Assembly: GCA_964057225.1 (NCBI GenBank)
Contig: OZ059899.1
Coordinates: 21,266,001-21,330,000, forward strand
DNA length: 64,000 bases
Source: Auanema rhodensis
Taxonomy: Eukaryota; Animalia; Nematoda
Reading direction: 5' to 3'
Under the pieces are notes generated by a model that was given only the letters and a program-made list of their open reading frames with translations, made no database searches and was not told the origin of the DNA. Both the position numbers and the translations under genes were made by a program. Positions within the stretch are counted from its first letter, which is position 1, and each line of letters begins with the position of its first letter. This document shows, piece by piece, positions 50,601 to 63,700 of this stretch.

Positions 50601-53600
50601 CTGCGTCGATCTGTGTTATCAGATTTGCGCTAGCTTAAAAATGCACCGAGATATCAACTGATATAAGTTCACACTTATATCCTCGATTTTCACCCTGAAG
50701 AATTAATTTTTTCGTTGAATAACATTGTCCATCGTCTTTGCCTTGAAAAAAGGAATCTAAAAACATCTACTTTTTGCTAAATTATTTTGAAATTTTTCGA
50801 AAAAATTTTTGTCAAAATGTTTTTGGAAGCAATGTTGAGTGTACATGGAAACTCAACGTACACTAATGCATCATTTTTCAAACGATCATAACTAATTTTT
50901 GTATTAAGCGTTTCTCAATGTAGTATAGTGCATTCGATGCGGATTTTTAAGCTGCGTCGATCTGTGTTATCAGATTTGCGCTAGCTTAAAAATGCACCGA
51001 GATATCAACTGATATAAGTTCACACTTATATCCTCGATTTTCACCCTGAAGAATTAATTTTTTCGTTGAATCACATTGTCCATCGTCTTTGCCTTGAAAA
51101 AAGGAATCTAAAAACATCTACTTTTTGCTAAATTATTTTGAAATTTTTCGAAAAAATTTTTGTCAAAATGTTTTTGGAAGCAATGTTGAGTGTACATGGA
51201 AACTCAACATACACTAAGGCATCATTTTTCAAACGATCATAACTAATTTTTGTATTAAGCGTTTTTCAATGTAGTACAGTGCATTCGATGCGGATTTTTA
51301 AGCTGCGTCGATCTGTGTTATCAGATTTGCGCTAGCTTAAAAATGCACCGAGATATCAACTGATATAAGTTCACACTTATATCCTCGATTTTCACCCTGA
51401 AGAATTAATTTTTTCGTTGAATAACATTGTCCATCGTCTTTGCCTTGAAAAAAGGAATCTAAAAACATCTACTTTTTGCTAAATTATTTTGAAATTTTTT
51501 GAAAAAATTTTTGTCAAAATGTTTTTGGAAGCAATGTTGAGTGTACATGGAAACTCAACATACACTAATGCATCATTTTTCAAACGATCATAACTAATTT
51601 TTGTATTAAGCGTTTCTCAATGTAGTATAGTGCATTCGATGCGGATTTTTAAGCTGCGTCGATCTGTGTTATCATATTTGCGCTAGCTTAAAAATGCACC
51701 GAGATATCAACTGATATAAGTTCACACTTATATCCTCAATTTTCACCCTGAAGAATTAATTTTTTCGTTGAATAACATTGTCCATCGTCTTTGCCTTGAA
51801 AAAAGGAATCTAAAAACATCTACTTTTTGCTAAATTATTTTGAAATTTTTCGAAAAAATTTTTGTCAAAATGTTTTTGGAAGCAATGTTGAGTGTACATG
51901 GAAACTCAACGTACACTAATGCATCATTTTTCAAACGATCATAACTAATTTTTGTATTAAGCGTTTTTCAATGTAGTATAGTGCATTCGATGCGGATTTT
52001 TAAGCTGCGTCGATCTGTGTTATCAGATTTGCGCTAGCTTAAAAATGCACCGAGATATCAACTGATATAAGTTCACACTTATATCCTCGATTTTCACCCT
52101 GAAGAATTAATTTTTTCGTTGAATAACATTGTCCATCGTCTTTGCCTTGAAAAAAGGAATCTAAAAACATCTACTTTTTGCTAAATTATTTTGAAATTTT
52201 TTGAAAAAATTTTTGTCAAAATGTTTTTGGAAGCAATGTTGAGTGTACATGGAAACTCAACATACACTAATGCATCATTTTTCAAACGATCATAACTAAT
52301 TTTTGTATTAAGCGTTTCTCAATGTAGTATAGTGCATTCGATGCGGATTTTTAAGCTGCGTCGATCTGTGTTATCATATTTGCGCTAGCTTAAAAATGCA
52401 CCGAGATATCAACTGATATAAGTTCACACTTATATCCTCAATTTTCACCCTGAAGAATTAATTTTTTCGTTGAATAACATTGTCAATCGTCTTTGCCTTG
52501 AAAAAAGGAATCTAAAAACATCTACTTTTTGCTAAATTATTTTGAAATTTTTCGAAAAAATTTTTGTCAAAATGTTTTTGGAAGCAATGTTGAGTGTACA
52601 TGGAAACTCAACGTACACTAATGCATCATTTTTCAACCGATCATAACTAATTTTTGTATTAAGCGTTTCTCAATGTAGTATAGTGCATTCGATGCGGATT
52701 TTTAAGCTGCGTCGATCTGTGTTATCAGATTTGCGCTAGCTTAAAAATGCACCGAGATATCAACTGATATAAGTTCACACTTATATCCTCAATTTTCACC
52801 CTGAAGAATTAATTTTTTCGTTGAATAACATTGTCAATCGTCTTTGCCTTGAAAAAAGGAATCTAAAAACATCTACTTTTTGCTAAATTATTTTGAAATT
52901 TTTCGAAAAAATTTTTGTCAAAATGTTTTTGGAAGCAATGTTGAGTGTACATGGAAACTCAACGTACACTAATACATCATTTTTCAAACGATCATAACTA
53001 ATTTTTGTATTAAGCGTTTCTCAATGTAGTATAGTGCATTCGATGCGGATTTTTAAGCTGCGTCGATCTGTGTTATCAGATTTGCGCTAGCTTAAAAATG
53101 CACCGAGATTTCAACTGATATAAGTTCACACTTATATCCTCGATTTTCACCCTGAAGAATTAATTTTTTCGTTGAATAACATTGTCCATCGTCTTTGCCT
53201 TGAAAAAAGGAATCTAAAAACATCTACTTTTTGCTAAATTATTTTGAAATTTTTCGAAAAAATTTTTGTCAAAATGTTTTTGGAAGCAATGTTGAGTGTA
53301 CATGGAAACGCAACATACACTAAGGCATCATTTTTCAAACGATCATAACTAATTTTTGTATTAAGCGTCTCTCAATGTAGTATAGTGCATTCGATGCGGA
53401 TTTTTAAGCTGCGTCGATCTGTGTTATCATATTTGCGCTAGCTTAAAAATGCACCGAGATATCAACTGATATAAGTTCACACTTATATCCTCAATTTTCA
53501 CCCTGAAGAATATTTTTTTCGTTGAATAACATTGTCCATCGTCTTTGCCTTGAAAAAAGGAATCTAAAAACATCTACTTTCTGCTAAATTATTTTGAAAT

Positions 53601-56600
53601 TTTTCGAAAAAATTTTTGTCAAAATGTTTTTGGAAGCAATGTTGAGTGTACATGGAAACTCAACATACACTAAGGCATCATTTTTCAAACGATCATAACT
53701 AATTTTTGTATTAAGCGTTTCTCAATGTAGTATAGTACATTCGATGCGGATTTTCAAGCTGCGTCGATCTGTGTTATCAGATTTGCGCTAGCTTAAAAAT
53801 GCACCGAGATATCAACTGATATAAGTTCACACTTATATCCTCGATTTTCACCCTGAAGAATTAATTTTTTCGTTGAATAACATTGTTCATCGTTTTTGCC
53901 TTGAAAAAAGGAATCTAAAAACATCTACTTTTTGCTAAATTATTTTGAAATTTTTCGAAAAAATTTTTGTCAAAATGTTTTTGGAAGCAATGTTGAGTGT
54001 ACATGGAAACACAACATACACTAATGCATCATTTTTCAAACGATCATAACTAATTTTTGTAATAAGCGTTTCTCAATGTAGTATAGTGCATTCGATGCGG
54101 ATTTTTAAGCTGCGTCGATCTGTGTTATCAGATTTGCGCTAGCTTAAAAATGCACCGAGATATCAACTGATATAAGTTCACACTTATATCCTCAATTTTC
54201 ACCCTGAAGAATTAATTTTTTCGTTGAATAACATTGTCCATCGTCTTTGCCTTGAAAAAAGGAATCTAAAAACATCTACTTTTTGCTAAATTATTTTGAA
54301 ATTTTTCGAAAAAATTTTTGTCAAAATGTTTTTGGAAGCAATGTTGAGTGTACATGGAAACTCAACGTACACTAATGCATCATTTTTCAAACGATCATAA
54401 CTAATTTTTGTATTAAGCGTTTCTCAATGTAGTATAGTGCATTCGATGCGGATTTTTAAGCTGCGTCGATCTGTGTTATCAGATTTGCGCTAGCTTAAAA
54501 ATGCACCGAGATATCAACTGATATAAGTTCACACTTATATCCTCAATTTTCACCCTGAAGAATTAATTTTTTCGTTGAATAACATTGTCCATCGTCTTTG
54601 CCTTGAAAAAAGGAATCTAAAAACATCTACTTTTTGCTAAATTATTTTGAAATTTTTCGAAAAAATTTTTGTCAAAATGTTTTTGGAAGCAATGTTGAGT
54701 GTACATGGAAACTCAACGTACACTAATGCATCATTTTTCAAACGATCATAACTAATTTTTGTATTAAGCGTTTCTCAATGTAGTATAGTGCATTCGATGC
54801 GGATTTTTAAGCTGCGTCGATCTGTGTTATCAGATTTGCGCTAGCTTAAAAATGCACCGAGATATCAACTGATATAAGTTCACACTTATATCCTCGATTT
54901 TCACCCTGAAGAATTAATTTTTTCGTTGAATAACATTGTCCATCGTCTTTGCCTTAAAAAAAGGAATCTAAAAACATCTACTTTTTGCTAAATTATTTTG
55001 AAATTTTTCGAAAAAATTTTTGTCAAAATGTTTTTGGAAGCAATGTTGAGTGTACATGGAAACTCAACATACACTAAGCCATCATTTTTCAAACGATCAT
55101 AACTAATTTTTGTATTAAGCGTTTCTCAATGTAGTATAGTGCATTCGATGCGGATTTTTAAGCTGCGTCGATCTGTGTTATCAGATTTGCGCTAGCTTAA
55201 AAATGCACCGAGATATCAACTGATATAAGTTCACACTTATATCCTCGATTTTCACCCTGAAGAATTAATTTTTTCGTTGAATAACATTGTTCATCGTCTT
55301 TGCCTTGAAAAAAGGAATCTAAAAACATCTACTTTTTGCTAAATTATTTTGAAATTTTTCGAAAAAATTTTTGTCAAAATGTTTTTGGAAGCAATGTTGA
55401 GTGTACATGGAAACACAACATACACTAATGCATCATTTTTCAAACGATCATAACTAATTTTTGTAATAAGCGTTTCTCAATGTAGTATAGTGCATTCGAT
55501 GCGGATTTTTAAGCTGCGTCGATCTGTGTTATCAGATTTGCGCTAGCTTAAAAATGCACCGAGATATCAACTGATATAAGTTCACACTTATATCCTCAAT
55601 TTTCACCCTGAAGAATTAATTTTTTCGTTGAATAACATTGTCCATCGTCTTTGCCTTGAAAAAAGGAATCTAAAAACATCTACTTTTTGCTAAATTATTT
55701 TGAAATTTTTCGAAAAAATTTTTGTCAAAATGTTTTTGGAAGCAATGTTGAGTGTACATGGAAACTCAACATACACTAAGCCATCATTTTTCAAACGATC
55801 ATAACTAATTTTTGTATTAAGCGTTTCTCAATGTAGTATAGTGCATTCAATGCGGATTTTTAAGCTGCGTCGATCTGTGTTATCAGATTTGCGCTAGCTT
55901 AAAAATGCACCGAGATATCAACTGATATAAGTTCACACTTATATCCTCGATTTTCACCCTGAAGAATTAATTTTTTCGTTGAATAACATTGTCCATCGTC
56001 TTTGCCTTGAAAAAAGGAATCTAAAAACATCTACTTTTTGCTAAATTATTTTGAAATTTTTCGAAAAAATTTTTGTCAAAATGTTTTTGGAAGCAATGTT
56101 GAGTGTACATGGAAACTCAACATACACTAAGGCATCATTTTTCAAACGATCATAACTAATTTTTGTATTAAGCGTTTTTCAATGTAGTACAGTGCATTCG
56201 ATGCGGATTTTTAAGCTGCGTCGATCTGTGTTATCATATTTGCGCTAGCTTAAAAATGCACCGAGATATCAACTGATATAAGTTCACACTTATATCCTCA
56301 ATTTTCACCCTGAAGAATTAATTTTTTCGTTGAATAACATTGTCCATTGTCTTTGCCTTGAAAAAAGGAATCTAAAAACATCTACTTTTTGCTAAATTAT
56401 TTTGAAATTTTTCGAAAAAATTTTTGTCAAAATGTTTTTGGAAGCAATGTTGAGTGTACATGGAAACTCAACATACACTAAGGCATCATTTTTCAAACGA
56501 TCATAACTAATTTTTGTATTAAGCGTTTCTCAATGTAGTATAGTACATTCGATGCGGATTTTCAAGCTGCGTCGATCTGTGTTATCAGATTTGCGCTAGC

Positions 56601-57741
56601 TTAAAAATGCACCGAGATTTCAACTGATATAAGTTCACACTTATATCCTCGATTTTCACCCTGAAGAATTAATTTTTTCGTTGAATAACATTGTCCATCG
56701 TCTTTGCCTTGAAAAAAGGAATCTAAAAACATCTACTTTTTGCTAAATTATTTTGAAATTTTTTGAAAAAATTTTTGTCAAAATGTTTTTGGAAGCAATG
56801 TTGAGTGTACATGGAAACTCAACGTACACTAATGCATCATTTTTCAAACGATCATAACTAATTTTTGTATTAAGCGTTTCTCAATGTAGTATAGTGCATT
56901 CGATGCGGATTTTTAAGCTGCGTCGATCTGTGTTATCAGATTTGCGCTAGCTTAAAAATGCACCGAGATATCAACTGATATAAGTTCACACTTATATCCT
57001 CGATTTTCACCCTGAAGAATTAATTTTTTCGTTGAATAACATTGTCCATCGTCTTTGCCTTGAAAAAAGGAATCTAAAAACATCTACTTTTTGCTAAATT
57101 ATTTTGAAATTTTTCGAAAAAATTTTTGTCAAAATGTTTTTGGAAGCAATGTTGAGTGTACATGGAAACTCAACATACACTAAGGCATCATTTTTCAAAC
57201 GATCATAACTAATTTTTGTATTAAGCGTTTTTCAATGTAGTACAGTGCATTCGATGCGGATTTTTAAGCTGCGTCGATCTGTGTTATCATATTTGCGCTA
57301 GCTTAAAAATGCACCGAGATATCAACTGATATAAGTTCACACTTATATCCTCAATTTTCACCCTGAAGAATTAATTTTTTCGTTGAATAACATTGTCCAT
57401 TGTCTTTGCCTTGAAAAAAGGAATCTAAAAACATCTACTTTTTGCTAAATTATTTTGAAATTTTTCGAAAAAATTTTTGTCAAAATGTTTTTGGAAGCAA
57501 TGTTGAGTGTACATGGAAACTCAACATACACTAAGGCATCATTTTTCAAACGATCATAACTAATTTTTGTATTAAGCGTTTCTCAATGTAGTATAGTACA
57601 TTCGATGCGGATTTTCAAGCTGCGTCGATCTGTGTTATCAGATTTGCGCTAGCTTAAAAATGCACCGAGATATCAACTGATATAAGTTCACACTTATATC
57701 CTCGATTTTCACCCTGAAGAATTAATTTTTTCGTTGAATAA
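41689..57741 (+). repeat. 351-bp satellite array, + orientation, right of the retroelement
   Basis: Resumes in register (AAAT GTTTTTGGAAGC) after the 3' LTR. Monomer starts run from 41912 to 57706, with a 1-bp deletion near 53512. It ends 36 bp into a monomer at the inversion junction. Confidence 0.99.
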
Positions 57742-60700
57742 GATAACACAGATCGACGCAGCTTAAAAATCCGCATCGAATGCACTATACTCATTGAGAA
57801 ACGCTTAATACAAAAATTAGTTATGATCGTTTGAAAAATGATGCCTTAGTGTATGTTGAGTTTCCATGTACACTCAACATTGCTTCCAAAAACATTTTGA
57901 CAAAAATTTTTTCAAAAAATTTCAAAATAATTTAGCAAAAAGTAGATGTTTTTAGATTCCTTTTTTCAAGGCAAAGACGATGGACAATGTTATTCAAAGA
58001 AAAAATTAATTCTTCAGGGTGAAAATCGAGGATATAAGTGTGAACTTATATCAGTTGATATCTCGGTGCATTTTTAAGCTAGCGCAAATCTAATAATACA
58101 GATCTACGCAGCTTAAAAATCCGCATCGAATGCACTATACTACATTGAGAAACGCTTAATACAAAAATTAGTTATGATCGTTTGAAAAATGATGCCTTAG
58201 TGTATGTTGAGTTTCCATGTACACTCAACATTGCTTCCAAAAACATTTTGACAAAAATTTTTTTCGAAAAAATTCAAAATAATTTAGCAAAAAGTAGATG
58301 TTTTTAGATTCCTTTTTTCAAGGCAAAGACGATGGACAATGTTATTCAACGAAAAAATTAATTCTTCAGGGTGAAAATCGAGGATATATGTGTGAACTTA
58401 TATCAGTTGATATCTCGGTGCATTTTTAAGCTAGCGCAAATCTGATAACACAGATCGACGCAGCTTAAAAATCCGCATCGAATGCACTATACTCATTGAG
58501 AAACGCTTGATACAAAAATTAGTTATGATCGTTTGAAAAATGATGCATTAGTGTATGTTGAGTTTCCATGTACACTCAACATTGCTTCCAAAAACATTTT
58601 GACAAAAATTTTTTCAAAAAATTTCAAAATAATTTAGCAAAAAGTAGATGTTTTTAGATTCCTTTTTTCAAGGCAAAGACGATGGACAATGTTATTCAAC
58701 GAAAAAATTAATTCTTCAGGGTGAAAATCGAGGATATAAGTGTGAACTTATATCAGTTGATATCTCGGTGCATTTTTAAGCTAGCGCAAATCTAATAATA
58801 CAGATCGACGCAGCTTAAAAATCCGCATCGAATGCACTATACTACATTGAGAAACGCTTAATACAAAAATTAGTTATGATCGTTTGAAAAATGATGCCTT
58901 AGTGTATGTTGAGTTTCCATGTACACTCAACATTGCTTCCAAAAACATTTTGACAAAAATTTTTTCAAAAAATTTCAAAATAATTTAGCAAAAAGTAGAT
59001 GTTTTTAGATACCTTTTTTCAAGGCAAAGACGATGGACAATGTTATTCAAAGAAAAAATTAATTCTTCAGGGTGAAAATCGAGGATATAAGTGTGAACTT
59101 ATATCAGTTGATATCTCGGTGCATTTTTAAGCTAGCGCAAATCTGATAACACAGATCGACGCAGCTTAAAAATCCGCATCGAATGCACTATACTCATTGA
59201 GAAACGCTTGATACAAAAATTAGTTATGATCGTTTGAAAAATGATGCATTAGTGTATGTTGAGTTTCCATGTACACTCAACATTGCTTCCAAAAACATTT
59301 TGACAAAAATTTTTTCAAAAAATTTCAAAATAATTTAGCAAAAAGTAGATGTTTTTAGATTCCTTTTTTCAAGGCAAAGACGATGGACAATGTTATTCAA
59401 CGAAAAAATTAATTCTTCAGGGTGAAAATCGAGGATATAAGTGTGAACTTATATCAGTTGATATCTCGGTGCATTTTTAAGCTAGCGCAAATCTAATAAT
59501 ACAGATCTACGCAGCTTAAAAATCCGCATCGAATGCACTATACTACATTGAGAAACGCTTAATACAAAAATTAGTTATGATCGTTTGAAAAATGATGCAT
59601 TAGTGTATGTTGAGTTTCCATGTACACTCAACATTGCTTCCAAAAACATTTTGACAAAAATTTTTTCAAAAAATTTCAAAATAATTTAGCAAAAAGTAGA
59701 TGTTTTTAGATTCCTTTTTTCAAGGCAAAGACGATGGACAATGTTATTCAACGAAAAAATTAATTCTTCAGGGTGAAAATCGAGGATATAAGTGTGAACT
59801 TATATCAGTTGATATCTCGGTGCATTTTTAAGCTAGCGCAAATCTAATAATACAGATCTACGCAGCTTAAAAATCCGCATCGAATGCACTATACTACATT
59901 GAGAAACGCTTAATACAAAAATTAGTTATGATCGTTTGAAAAATGATGCCTTAGTGTATGTTGAGTTTCCATGTACACTCAACATTGCTTCCAAAAACAT
60001 TTTGACAAAAATTTTTTTCGAAAAAATTCAAAATAATTTAGCAAAAAGTAGATGTTTTTAGATTCCTTTTTTCAAGGCAAAGACGATGGACAATGTTATT
60101 CAACGAAAAAATTAATTCTTCAGGGTGAAAATCGAGGATATAAGTGTGAACTTATATCAGTTGATATCTCGGTGCATTTTTAAGCTAGCGCAAATCTGAT
60201 AACACAGATCGACGCAGCTTAAAAATCCGCATCGAATGCACTATACTCATTGAGAAACGCTTGATACAAAAATTAGTTATGATCGTTTGAAAAATGATGC
60301 CTTAGTGTATGTTGAGTTTCCATGTACACTCAACATTGCTTCCAAAAACATTTTGACAAAAATTTTTTCGAAAAATTTCAAAATAATTTAGCAAAAAGTA
60401 GATGTTTTTAGATTTCTTTTTTCAAGGCAAAGACGATGGACAATGTTATTCAACGAAAAAATTAATTCTTCAGGGTGAAAATCGAGGATATAAGTGTGAA
60501 CTTATATCAGTTGATATCTCGGTGCATTTTTAAGCTAGCGCAAATCTAATAATACAGATCTACGCAGCTTAAAAATCCGCATCGAATGCACTATACTACA
60601 TTGAGAAACGCTTAATACAAAAATTAGTTATGATCGTTTGAAAAATGATGCCTTAGTGTATGTTGAGTTTCCATGTACACTCAACATTGCTTCCAAAAAC

Positions 60701-63700
60701 ATTTTGACAAAAATTTTTTTCGAAAAAATTCAAAATAATTTAGCAAAAAGTAGATGTTTTTAGATTCCTTTTTTCAAGGCAAAGACGATGGACAATGTTA
60801 TTCAACGAAAAAATTAATTCTTCAGGGTGAAAATCGAGGATATAAGTGTGAACTTATATCAGTTGATATCTCGGTGCATTTTTAAGCTAGCGCAAATCTG
60901 ATAACACAGATCGACGCAGCTTAAAAATCCGCATCGAATGCACTATACTCATTGAGAAACGCTTGATACAAAAATTAGTTATGATCGTTTGAAAAATGAT
61001 GCCTTAGTGTATGTTGAGTTTCCATGTACACTCAACATTGCTTCCAAAAACATTTTGACAAAAATTTTTTCGAAAAATTTCAAAATAATTTAGCAAAAAG
61101 TAGATGTTTTTAGATTTCTTTTTTCAAGGCAAAGACGATGGACAATGTTATTCAACGAAAAAATTAATTCTTCAGGGTGAAAATTGAGGATATAAGTGTG
61201 AACTTAGATCAGTTGATATCTCGGTGCATTTTTAAGCTAGCGCAAATATGATAACACAGATCGACGCAGCTTAAAAATCTGCATCGAATGCACTATACTA
61301 CATTGAGAAACGCTTAATTCAAAAATTAGTTATGATCGTTTGAAAAATGATGCCTTAGTGTATGTTGAGTTTCCATGTACACTCAACATTGCTTCCAAAA
61401 ACATTTTGACAAAAATTTTTTCGAAAAATTTCAAAATAATTTAGCAAAAAGTAGATGTTTTAAGATTTTTTTTTTCAAGGCAAAGACGATGGACAATGTT
61501 ATTCAACGAAAAAATTAATTCTTCAGGGTGAAAATCGAGGATATAAGTGTGAACATATATCAGTTGATATCTCGGTGCATTTTTAAGCTAGCGCAAATCT
61601 AATAATACAGATCGACGCAGCTTAAAAATCCGCATCGAATGCACTATACTACATTGAGAAACGCTTAATACAAAAATTAGTTATGATCGTTTGAAAAATG
61701 ATGCCTTAGTGTATGTTGAGTTTCCATGTACACTCAACATTGCTTCCAAAAACATTTTGACAAAAATTTTTTTCGAAAAAATTCAAAATAATTTAGCAAA
61801 AAGTAGATGTTTTTAGATTCCTTTTTTCAAGGCAAAGACGATGGACAATGTTATTCAACGAAAAAATTAATTCTTCAGGGTGAAAATCGAGGATATAAGT
61901 GTGAACTTATATCAGTTGATATCTCGGTGCATTTTTAAGCTAGCGCAAATCTGATAACACAGATCGACGCAGCTTAAAAATCCGCATCGAATGCACTATA
62001 CTCATTGAGAAACGCTTGATACAAAAATTAGTTATGATCGTTTGAAAAATGATGCCTTAGTGTATGTTGAGTTTCCATGTACACTCAACATTGCTTCCAA
62101 AAACATTTTGACAAAAATTTTTTCGAAAAATTTCAAAATAATTTAGCAAAAAGTAGATGTTTTTAGATTTCTTTTTTCAAGGCAAAGACGATGGACAATG
62201 TTATTCAACGAAAAAATTAATTCTTCAGGGTGAAAATTGAGGATATAAGTGTGAACTTAGATCAGTTGATATCTCGGTGCATTTTTAAGCTAGCGCAAAT
62301 ATGATAACACAGATCGACGCAGCTTAAAAATCTGCATCGAATGCACTATACTACATTGAGAAACGCTTAATTCAAAAATTAGTTATGATCGTTTGAAAAA
62401 TGATGCCTTAGTGTATGTTGAGTTTCCATGTACACTCAACATTGCTTCCAAAAACATTTTGACAAAAATTTTTTCGAAAAATTTCAAAATAATTTAGCAA
62501 AAAGTAGATGTTTTAAGATTTTTTTTTTCAAGGCAAAGACGATGGACAATGTTATTCAACGAAAAAATTAATTCTTCAGGGTGAAAATCGAGGATATAAG
62601 TGTGAACTTATATCAGTTGATATCTCGGTGCATTTTTAAGCTAGCGCAAATCTGATAACACAGATCGACGCAGCTTAAAAATTCGCATCGAATGCACTAT
62701 ACTACATTGAGAAACGCTTAATACAAAAATTAGTTATGATCGTTTGAAAAATGATGCATTAGTGTATGTTGAGTTTCCATGTACACTCAACATTGCTTCC
62801 AAAAACATTTTGACAAAAATTTTTTCAAAAAATTTCAAAATAATTTAGCAAAAAGTAGATGTTTTTAGATTCCTTCTTTCAAGGCAAAGACGATGGACAA
62901 TGTTATTCAACGAAAAAATTAATTCTTCAGGGTGAAAATCGAGGATATAAGTGTGAACATATATCAGTTGATATCTCGGTGCATTTTTAAGCTAGCGCAA
63001 ATCTAATAATACAGATCGACGCAGCTTAAAAATCCGCATCGAATGCACTATACTACATTGAGAAACGCTTAATACAAAAATTAGTTATGATCGTTTGAAA
63101 AATGATGCCTTAGTGTATGTTGAGTTTCCATGTACACTCAACATTGCTTCCAAAAACATTTTGACAAAAATTTTTTTCGAAAAAATTCAAAATAATTTAG
63201 CAAAAAGTAGATGTTTTTAGATTCCTTTTTTCAAGGCAAAGACGATGGACATTGTTATTCAACGAAAAAATTAATTCTTCAGGGTGAAAATCGAGGATAT
63301 AAGTGTGAACTTATATCAGTTGATATCTCGGTGCATTTTTAAGCTAGCGCAAATCTGATAACACAGATCGACGCAGCTTAAAAATCCGCATCGAATGCAC
63401 TATACTCATTGAGAAACGCTTGATACAAAAATTAGTTATGATCGTTTGAAAAATGATGCATTAGTGTATGTTGAGTTTCCATGTACACTCAACATTGCTT
63501 CCAAAAACATTTTGACAAAAATTTTTTCAAAAAATTTCAAGATAATTCAGCAAAAAGTAGATGTTTTTAGATTCCTTTTTTCAAGGCAAAGACGATGGAC
63601 AATGTTATTCAACGAAAAAATTAATTCTTCAGGGTGAAAATCGAGGATATAAGTGTGAACTTATATCAGTTGATATCTCGGTGCATTTTTAAGCTAGCGC

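Noticed and set aside
63446-63637. 63-aa plus-strand ORF in the inverted block
   Set aside because: Same read-through SNP in an inverted monomer. Although 351 is divisible by 3, this frame has several stops per unit, so the array is not a coding repeat in that frame.
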